DNA of 55,540 nucleotides, taken from Bacteroidales bacterium. Lineage in GTDB: Bacteria; Bacteroidota; Bacteroidia; Bacteroidales; P3. This document shows positions 25,274-33,093 of this stretch, piece by piece (positions within the stretch are counted from its first letter, which is position 1; each line of letters begins with the position of its first letter). The stretch is from the NCBI GenBank assembly GCA_045591485.1, contig JAZNSV010000044.1, forward strand, positions 1 through 55,540, in the 5' to 3' direction. The notes under the pieces are model-generated. The model was not told the DNA's origin. It worked only from the letters and a program-made list of their open reading frames with translations, and did no database searches. The position numbers and the translations under genes are program-made.

Positions 25274-26794
25274 ATGAAGAAAGCATTATCGATTGCAGCC
25301 TTTATGATGCTGGCATTTGGTGCCATGGCGCAGAATGTGACCACCACTGTGGCCACTGGACAGAACATCGGCACCTTTATCAACAACGAGTTCGTGGGCA
25401 GCGGAGTCTATGTCTTCAATGCCAAGTTCAACGGCCTTTCGGGCAATATCCGTGCGCAGTGGCCGCAAGTGGGCCTCTTCCAGGCCAACGGCTACAGCAT
25501 GCTGTCGATGGACAGCGGCATTGTGCTCACCACCGGCAACGTCAGCGTGGCCGAGGGTCCGAACAATGCCGGCGGGTCGAGCATGGGTGTCATGAATATG
25601 TATCACGACCCTGAGATTTCCAGTCGCGGCTACAATATTGGGTCCAGTGCGTGCGCCACTATAGATTTCGACTTCGTGTGCCTCTCCAACTCTGTGGCGT
25701 TCACCTACTGCTTCGGTTCCGAAGAGTACAATGAATACGTATACAGTACCTATAACGACGTGTTCATGTTCCTGCTCACCGGTCCCGACCCAGCCACCGG
25801 CGAGGTGGTGACGCGCAACATAGCCATGGTACCGGGTACGGTAGACTCGACACACCCCGAGGGAATACCTGTGGCTATCAATACTGTCAATAATGGCGGT
25901 ACTGGGTCCAACTATATGTACAATTTCCCATGTACAGGGTGCTACAACAGCTACACCACCTACTACAACGACAACGAGTACACATGGAGTATGACGACGC
26001 CCATCGACGGCGTGCAGTACGATGGGTTCACTACCAAGCTCACTGCTGCCGGCGCCATCGTACCCTGCCAGCAGTACCACATGCATATCACAGTGTGCAA
26101 TGTTTCTGACAATTCGTTCGACAGCGGCGTATTCCTTGAAGGGCACAGCCTCACCTCGCCTGCAGTGCAGATAGGGCTCAACCGTCCGACCACCGACACC
26201 GTACACCGTTCCACTCCCCTTAGCGTGCCCCTCTCCATGTCGTCCACCCAGTTCGACCAGGCCACCGTCAAGGTGCGCTTCGGCGGCGAGGCCATCAGCG
26301 GCATCGACTACTTCTTCCTTGCCGAAGACGGCACCGTAATCAACAACGCCGAGTCAATCACCGTCACCAATGCCCCGACCTACTTCACCATTCAGCCGCT
26401 GGCCAACGCCAACCTTTCAACCCCCAAGACTCTCGACCTCTACTTTGCCTCCAGCCTCTGCCCTGAATTTCCCGACCTGCTCATCTACGACACGATGCAC
26501 TTCATCCTGGCCGAAGACATTCAGTCGCCAGGTGGTAACGATGGCATAGACATCGTCTCGGAAACACGCTTGTCGGTATATCCCAACCCCGCTACCAATC
26601 GCATTACTCTGACTGCTCCCGATGCTGTGCAATATGTATCTATCTTCGATGTCGACGGTCGTGAGGTCTATTCTGTAGCCGCTGCGGGCACCACGAGTCT
26701 CAGCATCGACGTCAGCCGTCTGCCCAAGGGCGTGTACACTGTTCAGGCCAATACTGCGGCGGGAATATGCTCCAACCAGATAGTGATTAGATAA
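25274..26794 (+). CDS. choice-of-anchor-L-like secreted protein with a T9SS C-terminal sorting domain
   Basis: It has a signal peptide and FTYCFGSEEYNEYV..NDVFMFLLTG. The C-terminal segment is LSVYPNPATNRITL...LPKGVYTVQ. Confidence 0.75.
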   Translation: MKKALSIAAFMMLAFGAMAQNVTTTVATGQNIGTFINNEFVGSGVYVFNAKFNGLSGNIRAQWPQVGLFQANGYSMLSMDSGIVLTTGNVSVAEGPNNAGGSSMGVMNMYHDPEISSRGYNIGSSACATIDFDFVCLSNSVAFTYCFGSEEYNEYVYSTYNDVFMFLLTGPDPATGEVVTRNIAMVPGTVDSTHPEGIPVAINTVNNGGTGSNYMYNFPCTGCYNSYTTYYNDNEYTWSMTTPIDGVQYDGFTTKLTAAGAIVPCQQYHMHITVCNVSDNSFDSGVFLEGHSLTSPAVQIGLNRPTTDTVHRSTPLSVPLSMSSTQFDQATVKVRFGGEAISGIDYFFLAEDGTVINNAESITVTNAPTYFTIQPLANANLSTPKTLDLYFASSLCPEFPDLLIYDTMHFILAEDIQSPGGNDGIDIVSETRLSVYPNPATNRITLTAPDAVQYVSIFDVDGREVYSVAAAGTTSLSIDVSRLPKGVYTVQANTAAGICSNQIVIR

Positions 26795-27636
26795 TGAAGA
26801 AAATATCAGGCATACTTATGTTTGCAGCCGTGCTCCTTGTGTGCGGCTGCAAACAATCTGAACCCCACGACCTGAAAGTCATCTCGTTCAATATTCGTTA
26901 CAACGGCTGGGGCGACATCGACGGCGAGAACCGGTGGGCCAACCGGCGCGACGCCGTGGTGCGCATGGTGCGCGAGGAGCAGCCCGCCGCCTTGGGCCTG
27001 CAGGAGGCGCTGATTGACCAGCTGCGGTACCTCGACAGCTGTCTGCCGCAGTACCGCCGCGTGGGTGTGGGGCGCGACGATGGCAAGGAGGCCGGCGAGT
27101 TCATGGCCATCTACTACGACACCGCACGGCTGGAGCTGACCGGCAGTGACACCTGGTGGCTCAGCGACAGCGCCGAGGTGCCGTCCTACGGATGGGACGC
27201 CGCCTGCCGCCGCACCGTGACCCGAGCGGCCTTCCGCGACCGCAGGAGCGGACGGTGCTTCGACTATTTAAACACCCACCTCGACCATGTGGGACAGACG
27301 GCCCGCGCCGAGTCGGCCCGTATGGTGGCCGCACTCGTCGACGGCCACTGCTTCGACAAGCCGGCAATTGTGGGTGGCGACATGAACAGCACCATCGACG
27401 ATACCATCTTCCGCAGCCTCTACGCCGTAGGCCTGCAGGACGCCCGCACCCTGACCGACAGCACCAGCCACGCCATCACCTACAACGCCTTCGGCCAGAA
27501 CGACGGCGCGGTGATAGACCACTTCTTCGTCCGCGACGTCAAGGTCCTCCGTTTCCGCACCCTCGACGGCGACTTTGGCGTCCCCTACATCTCCGACCAC
27601 TACCCGATAGAAATCCTTTTCCGCCTGCCGGAATAG
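26794..27636 (+). CDS. endonuclease/exonuclease/phosphatase (EEP) family lipoprotein
   Basis: VISFNIRY, GLQEA, GGDMNS and SDHYPIE, with lipobox LLVCGC. Confidence 0.85.
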   Translation: MKKISGILMFAAVLLVCGCKQSEPHDLKVISFNIRYNGWGDIDGENRWANRRDAVVRMVREEQPAALGLQEALIDQLRYLDSCLPQYRRVGVGRDDGKEAGEFMAIYYDTARLELTGSDTWWLSDSAEVPSYGWDAACRRTVTRAAFRDRRSGRCFDYLNTHLDHVGQTARAESARMVAALVDGHCFDKPAIVGGDMNSTIDDTIFRSLYAVGLQDARTLTDSTSHAITYNAFGQNDGAVIDHFFVRDVKVLRFRTLDGDFGVPYISDHYPIEILFRLPE

Positions 27637-27809
27637 TCGCCTACATACCTCTTAGGTTTTACTCCCCTTTTACTCAAACTTTAATCAAACACTACCTCGG
27701 AATAAGGTTCCGCTATGTTTTCACTACGGATGCATAAGGGTAGGTCAACAAAATAAATTTGTGCGTATCGCGGAAATGTCGTACTTTTGCAGTCGGAAAT
27801 AATAACAGA

Positions 27810-27998
27810 ATGGATACACAAGTAGCATACACAACGCCAATTTTGCCTGAGGTCGCGTGTGTCCGCAGAGCACCTCGGAAATCGAGATTCATCTCCGTGG
27901 GTTATATGTTGCTGGACGAGTTCGGAAGTGTTTTCCACCTCAAACTGGATAAGGCTTATAAGTTCGCGGCGGGATGGGTGTACACTTTTCCCGCGTGA
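27810..27998 (+). CDS. small hypothetical protein (62 aa)
   Basis: The ATG lies 21 nt downstream of a TActTTTG box (27782-27789). I recognised no family. Confidence 0.3.
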   Translation: MDTQVAYTTPILPEVACVRRAPRKSRFISVGYMLLDEFGSVFHLKLDKAYKFAAGWVYTFPA

Positions 27999-28046
27999 AT
28001 TTACAATGAATAGACTTTGTTTATTCCAATAAAAAACAGTAATACA

Positions 28047-29039
28047 ATGAAACGTTACAAGAACAAAAACATCACCGTTTTCTTTGTGGTAATATTACTC
28101 ACCATCGTGCCTAATCAGGTATTTGCGGCGTTCCATTTCTCAGCCGCTGCCCCTACGGGACAGACACTCTATTACAAGATTATCGCTGACAGCACGCTAC
28201 AAGTGAGACTCACCTATCCGCAGGTCAGCGAAGACCATGAGAATTACTACTATGGTTATCCAAAGCCCACTGGTATTTTGGTAATTCCAGACTCTGTGGA
28301 GTATGAGGGATCGTGGTATCGCGTCACACAGATGAGCGGACAAGTCTTTTTGGGTTGCGATTCATTGACCGAAGTCACGTTGCCGTCAACCATCAGCGAA
28401 ATCAGCCTTAATGCTTTTTTCGGATGCACTCGGCTGGTGAAGGTGAACATGCCAGGCAGTATTGAAGAAATCCAGAGTTTTGCTTTTCAGGAATGTTCGT
28501 CGCTCGAAAGCATAAACCTCCCCGAAGGTCTCCGGATTATCTGGGGTCAGGCATTCTGTCTTTGCACTTCGCTGCGGCGCGTCCATTTGCCATCCACTCT
28601 TGAAGAAATAAAATCTGCTGGATTCTATAGTAGCGACTTCATCGATACCGTGTGGATTTCTGCCGCAGTACCGCCTATCTGCGGCCAAAACCCGCGGCCT
28701 GCCTTTACTTCAACTAACACTGTCTTAGTTGTCCCATGTGGCTCGGAACAAGCTTATGGCAATGCCAATGGTTGGCAGGATTTCGTCGAAATAATCTCTG
28801 ACTGCAACGAGGTCATCTATGGCGTGGATACTATAGATGCTAAGGTATATTCCAATGGCGGGCAGATAGTGGTCGAAGGAACGGAGCAGAACACGGTGAC
28901 GTTCTTCGACATCAGTGGCCGCATCATCGCCACACAGCAGATGCAGGGCGAGTCTCTGCGCTTTGACGTCCCGACAACGGGCACCTACCTCGTGAAAATC
29001 GGACGTCAAGCGGCACAGAAAATCATGATGGTGAAATGA
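28047..29039 (+). CDS. BspA-type leucine-rich-repeat protein with a T9SS C-terminal domain
   Basis: Repeated F.GC..L..V.LP..I..I...AF units. The C-terminal segment is TGTYLVKIGRQAAQKIMMVK. The start is taken at the ATG at 28047. Confidence 0.75.
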   Translation: MKRYKNKNITVFFVVILLTIVPNQVFAAFHFSAAAPTGQTLYYKIIADSTLQVRLTYPQVSEDHENYYYGYPKPTGILVIPDSVEYEGSWYRVTQMSGQVFLGCDSLTEVTLPSTISEISLNAFFGCTRLVKVNMPGSIEEIQSFAFQECSSLESINLPEGLRIIWGQAFCLCTSLRRVHLPSTLEEIKSAGFYSSDFIDTVWISAAVPPICGQNPRPAFTSTNTVLVVPCGSEQAYGNANGWQDFVEIISDCNEVIYGVDTIDAKVYSNGGQIVVEGTEQNTVTFFDISGRIIATQQMQGESLRFDVPTTGTYLVKIGRQAAQKIMMVK

Positions 29040-29086
29040 TACAACCCAACAACCCCATACAACAATAAACATCCCTATCAAATTAA

Positions 29087-29188
29087 TGTCATTCCCATCC
29101 TTTCGAGCTGCGGGAGAACCTGACCAGAGATGTTTATATCGTCAAAATCGGCAACCATCCCGCCCGTAAGGTGGTGGTGATAAGATAG
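29087..29188 (+). pseudogene. orphan remnant of a T9SS C-terminal domain
   Basis: The short frame ends ...DVYIVKIGNHPARKVVVIR*, which parallels the end of the preceding gene. A clean terminator follows. Confidence 0.35.
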
Positions 29189-29219
29189 GCTGAGAGAAGG
29201 GTGTATCTTCATACAGCAA

Positions 29220-29257
29220 AGAGTATATCTTTCGTACAGGAAGATGTACTCTTTTTG
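29220..29257 (+). terminator. Rho-independent terminator (AGAGTATATCTT ... AAGATGTACTCT + TTTT)
   Basis: 11/12-bp stem, 9-nt loop and a T-tract. Confidence 0.55.
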
Positions 29258-29276
29258 TGTAAATGTGTATCTTCTT

Positions 29277-29567
29277 TTACGCCATTACCAAGTAGCGACG
29301 ACGGAGGGCGGTGAGGACGCTTTCTGAGGCCAGGGGATTAAGCCCGCGGAAAGTGGTGTGAGCCTTCAGCTCAGATAGGGGCATGGTGAGCAGCAGCTTG
29401 GCTATACATTCATCGGCAAATGAATTGCTAACCACATCCACACCTGTGAAATCGAGCACTACACGCTCGTCGCCTTCAAGCAGCAGCATTAGCTTCTCGT
29501 GCACCTGTTGTCCCAGTTGACGTGTGCCTAAATTCTCGCCAAATTCTCTAAAACTGAGTGTTACCAT
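29277..29567 (-). CDS. STAS-like (DUF4325-type) small protein
   Basis: 96 aa. The pattern VVLDFTGVDVVSNSFADECIAKLL is typical of STAS-like/DUF4325 proteins by my recollection. Confidence 0.55.
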   Translation of the reverse strand: MVTLSFREFGENLGTRQLGQQVHEKLMLLLEGDERVVLDFTGVDVVSNSFADECIAKLLLTMPLSELKAHTTFRGLNPLASESVLTALRRRYLVMA

Positions 29568-29597
29568 AATTCCTCCAATTCATTGTCGTGTCAGTGT

Positions 29598-30059
29598 TTA
29601 TACAGATAGTATTCTCTTAAAGTTTCTTTTTACGGTAGGGGAAGCTGACAGACATTTGATAATTGCAGTGTACTCGTCGGTTGTCAAGATGCCACACTCA
29701 TCAATAACAGTTTTGTCTGTTATTTCTTGCAGCAAGAGTGTGTCCAATTTGAACGTCTGCAAACGGTAGCCATAAACGTATGTTTCTATCGGGAAGGCGA
29801 AACCGTTGTCGCATATCACGGCGTTGGGATCAAAGTAGTAGCAGTTGAAATTGATGTCGGGGCGTTCTATGCAGCCGTGTATTTTCTCTATCGTTGTTGG
29901 CACAAAGTCTTTGGAAGTGGGAAGCGAGGCAAGAAGACAGACATCATCCAACACCTTCAGCACTAAAAAGTACTTGGGTTTAGGGTTGCCGCCATCGGGG
30001 AAAATGAATGGGTCGAAATAGAGGATGGCCCCCTCTTGAAATCTGCTGTCACGCTCCAT
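29598..30059 (-). CDS. hypothetical protein, candidate toxin partner of the Panacea-domain protein
   Basis: 153 aa from the ATG at 30059, overlapping the upstream gene by 11 nt. The N-terminus GAILYFDPFIFPDGGNPKPKYFLVLKV resembles the MazF/PemK N-terminal strand pattern by eye only. Confidence 0.45.
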   Translation of the reverse strand: MERDSRFQEGAILYFDPFIFPDGGNPKPKYFLVLKVLDDVCLLASLPTSKDFVPTTIEKIHGCIERPDINFNCYYFDPNAVICDNGFAFPIETYVYGYRLQTFKLDTLLLQEITDKTVIDECGILTTDEYTAIIKCLSASPTVKRNFKRILSV

Positions 30060-30624
30060 AGGCCCGCGTAATTTTGAGGAAATCCATTTGTTCGTTATAG
30101 AATTTCCTGCCGCAATCAGCGAGGCATTCACTAAGGTCGATTTGACAGTCGGAGTTATTGATGACCTTCTGCTCGAAGCCTTCCAACAGGTTATTGCGCT
30201 TGGCGGTGGCATACCACAGACCATCTTTGCGATGCGTTAATTCTACCAATTGTTTGGCGGTCTTATTGCCGTAACGACGGAGGATGTCATCCATAACGGT
30301 AATGTCGTTGTCCGAAAATTCATCATCAGAAAACGAGGTAGTGGCCTTGATATAGGTTTTGTCGTCCACCACCTCTTTCTCCACATAGCCGTCAAGGATA
30401 ACAGGGGTCTCGGAGAGGTCAATGAAGATGTCCTTGACAACAGGACCTGCCTGCCACACCTCGAAGGGGAGTCCGAGGAAGGGGGTCTTGAAACGCTTCA
30501 CACTATACTCCTCCATCAAGTAGAGCAACTTGAGTAATTTGGTCTTGCTCAAATTCTGTACACGCTGTGCGATGTACACAACGGCATTGCCTATCTTGTT
30601 TCTGTCGGCTTGGGTGAGTCTCAT
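30049..30624 (-). CDS. Panacea (DUF4065/SocA-like) antitoxin-domain protein
   Basis: TKLLKLLYLMEEYSVKRFKTPFLGLPFEVWQAGPVVKDIF matches the DUF4065 core. The start is taken at the ATG at 30624. Confidence 0.7.
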   Translation of the reverse strand: MRLTQADRNKIGNAVVYIAQRVQNLSKTKLLKLLYLMEEYSVKRFKTPFLGLPFEVWQAGPVVKDIFIDLSETPVILDGYVEKEVVDDKTYIKATTSFSDDEFSDNDITVMDDILRRYGNKTAKQLVELTHRKDGLWYATAKRNNLLEGFEQKVINNSDCQIDLSECLADCGRKFYNEQMDFLKITRAYGA

Positions 30625-30687
30625 GTATTCCTTATTTATTGGAAGCCGGAAGTCCCTCTCGGGGCTTCCGGCTTGTGAGGGTGTTAT

Positions 30688-30780
30688 CGATTGTTTGATT
30701 GCTTGAATGTATGAATGTTTGAATATTTTGGTTGCGTAGCCACTCAAGCAATAACACAATCAAGCATTCAAGCAATAATC
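30688..30780. repeat. inverted element: GT-arm cgattgtttgattgcttgaatgtatgaatgtttgaat and AC-arm caagcaataacacaatcaagcattcaagcaataatc
   Basis: The imperfect inverted arms lie at 30688-30724 and 30745-30780, directly after the EF-G paralog stop codon. Confidence 0.65.
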
Positions 30781-32913
30781 TTACTCTTCCTCGTTGGCGG
30801 CTTCCTCGTAGGCTTTGAGGAGGGCCTGCTGGACGTCGGCGGGGACGAGCTCGTAGCTGCTGAAGGTCATGGTGAAGGTACCGCGGCCGCTGGTGAGGGA
30901 ACTCAGGGCGGTGCAGTAGCGGTTCATCTCGGCCAAGGGGGCCTTGGCTTTCAGCGTGGTGTACTTGCCTTCGGCATCCATGCCCATGACGATGGCGCGG
31001 CGACCCTGCAGGTCGGTCATCACACCACCCTGTGCCTCGGTGGGCACGGTGACGGCGATGTCGTAGATAGGCTCCTTGATCTTCGGGGCAGCCTGCTTGA
31101 AGGCCTCGCGGAAGGCGGTACGGCCGGCAATCTTGAAGGCCGTTTCGTTGGAGTCCACGGGGTGCATCTTACCGTCGTAGATGTTGACGACGATGTCGCG
31201 GGCGTAGGAACCGGTGAGAGGACCCTGCTCCATCTTCTCCATAATACCCTTGAGGATGGCGGGCATAAAGCGGGCGTCGATCGAGCCGCCCACGATGCAG
31301 TTGTTGAAGACCAGCTTGCCGCCCCACTCCAGAGGATACTCCTGGGTGTCGCGGATGGGGTACTTGGTCTGGTTGGGCATGCCGTCGTAGTAAGGCTCGA
31401 TGAGCATGTGCACCTCGCCGAACTGGCCGCTACCACCGGACTGTTTCTTGTGGCGGTACATGGCCTCGGCGCTCTTGGTGATGGTCTCGCGGTAGGGGAT
31501 GTTGGGAGCGGTGAAGTTGACGGCCAGCTTGTACTGGTTCTCGAAGTACCACTTCACGGTGTTGAGGTGCAGCTCGCCCTGGCAACCGAGGATGACCTGG
31601 CGCAGCTCGCGGCTGTTCTCGAGGGTGAGCGACTTGTCGTAGGTGACGAGGTCCTTCAGGGCGGCGCCGACCTTCTCATCGTCGTTGCTGTTGGCAGCCT
31701 TGACGGCGACAGTGTAGATGGGAGTCGGGAACTCGATTTCGCACACGGCGTCGTCGGTGTTCTTCGGGGTGGTGAGGGTATGGTTGATCTTGACGTCTTT
31801 CAGCTTGATGGTGCAGATGATGTCGCCGGCGCAGGCCTTCTCGACGCGCTGGCGGTTGCTGCCGCTGCACACGAGGATCTGGCTGACGCGCTCTTTGCTC
31901 TGGTTGCAGGCGTTGACCACATCCTGGGCCTCGGCCAGCTCGCCGTCGAAGATACGGAGATAGCTGATTTCACCGAGGTTCTTGTCCTTGGCGCTCTTGA
32001 AGCAGAAAGCCACGGTGGGGTTGGCACCGTTGCTCTTCAGCTCTTTGCCGCCCTTGGTCTTCTTGCAGTCGGCCACCTCGCAGGGGGCGGGGACGTTCTG
32101 GCAAATGAACTCCAGCAGACGGTTCACGCCAAAGTTCTCCTTGGCGCTGGTGCAGAGGATGGGGAAGAGGTCGCGCTTGTCGATGGCAAGCTTCAGGGCC
32201 TGGGTGAGTTCGTCGGCCGTCAGGTCGCCATTTTCGAAGTATTTCTCCATGAGGGCATCGTCGGCAGCGGCGGCTTCCTCAACGAGGGCCATGCGCATCT
32301 CCTCGGCCTTGTCGGCATACTCAGCAGGGATGTCAGCCTCGGTCATCTTGCCGTCGGTGAAGGTGAACATCTTGTTGGCCACGATGTCGACCACCTGATT
32401 GAATCCGAGGCCGGCGTTGGTCGGGAACTGGAGGACGGTGCACTTCTGGCCGAAGAAGTCCTTGAGCTGGTTGACGCTCTCGTCGAAGTTGGCCTTCTCG
32501 GCATCGAGGTGGTTGACGACGAAGATCATGGGGGTGTCGAGCTTAGCAGCGTAGCGGTTGGCGATCTCGGTGCCGACCTCGACGCCACTCTGGGCGTTGA
32601 CCACGACGACGGCGGCCTCGACCACGTTCAGTGCGCTCACGAGCTCGCCCTGGTAGTCGGCGAAGCCGGGCACGTCGAGGATGTTGACCTTCTTGCCACC
32701 GAATTCGGTGTACATGAGGGTGTTCTCGACGGAGTAGCCGCGGTCGTGCTCGATGTCGCGATAGTCGCTGATGGTGTTCTTGCTGTCCACGCTGCCACGG
32801 CGGTTGATGAGGCCTCCGCAGAAGGCCATGGCCTCGGCCATGCTGGTCTTGCCGCTCTTGGCGCCGCCCACGAGGGCGATGTTACGAATGTCCTGGGTCT
32901 GGTAAATTTTCAT
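30781..32913 (-). CDS. elongation factor G paralog with non-canonical G motifs
   Basis: 710 aa with EF-G architecture throughout. G1 is GGAKSGKTS, G3 is DVPGFADY (canonical DTPGHVDF) and G4 is VNHLD (canonical NKMD). Confidence 0.9.
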   Translation of the reverse strand: MKIYQTQDIRNIALVGGAKSGKTSMAEAMAFCGGLINRRGSVDSKNTISDYRDIEHDRGYSVENTLMYTEFGGKKVNILDVPGFADYQGELVSALNVVEAAVVVVNAQSGVEVGTEIANRYAAKLDTPMIFVVNHLDAEKANFDESVNQLKDFFGQKCTVLQFPTNAGLGFNQVVDIVANKMFTFTDGKMTEADIPAEYADKAEEMRMALVEEAAAADDALMEKYFENGDLTADELTQALKLAIDKRDLFPILCTSAKENFGVNRLLEFICQNVPAPCEVADCKKTKGGKELKSNGANPTVAFCFKSAKDKNLGEISYLRIFDGELAEAQDVVNACNQSKERVSQILVCSGSNRQRVEKACAGDIICTIKLKDVKINHTLTTPKNTDDAVCEIEFPTPIYTVAVKAANSNDDEKVGAALKDLVTYDKSLTLENSRELRQVILGCQGELHLNTVKWYFENQYKLAVNFTAPNIPYRETITKSAEAMYRHKKQSGGSGQFGEVHMLIEPYYDGMPNQTKYPIRDTQEYPLEWGGKLVFNNCIVGGSIDARFMPAILKGIMEKMEQGPLTGSYARDIVVNIYDGKMHPVDSNETAFKIAGRTAFREAFKQAAPKIKEPIYDIAVTVPTEAQGGVMTDLQGRRAIVMGMDAEGKYTTLKAKAPLAEMNRYCTALSSLTSGRGTFTMTFSSYELVPADVQQALLKAYEEAANEEE

Positions 32914-33008
32914 TGTTATTGTTATTATTTATTTTTGTTTCCTATATCGCTGGTTACTACTGTGCTAAACGCCGTCTCCCTGGTCGGGGGCGGTGTCTAA
33001 CGAGACGG

Positions 33009-33016
33009 CAAAGATA
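33009..33016 (-). promoter_or_regulatory. -7 box (CAAAGATA on the + strand) for the EF-G paralog
   Basis: About 95 nt upstream of the ATG at 32913. Confidence 0.45.
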
Positions 33017-33093
33017 CGTAATTTTTTTAATATGCGAGCAAAAACTTTTCCTACGCCAAGGAATGAGCTGATTTACTCGATGCTACGGCCGCA

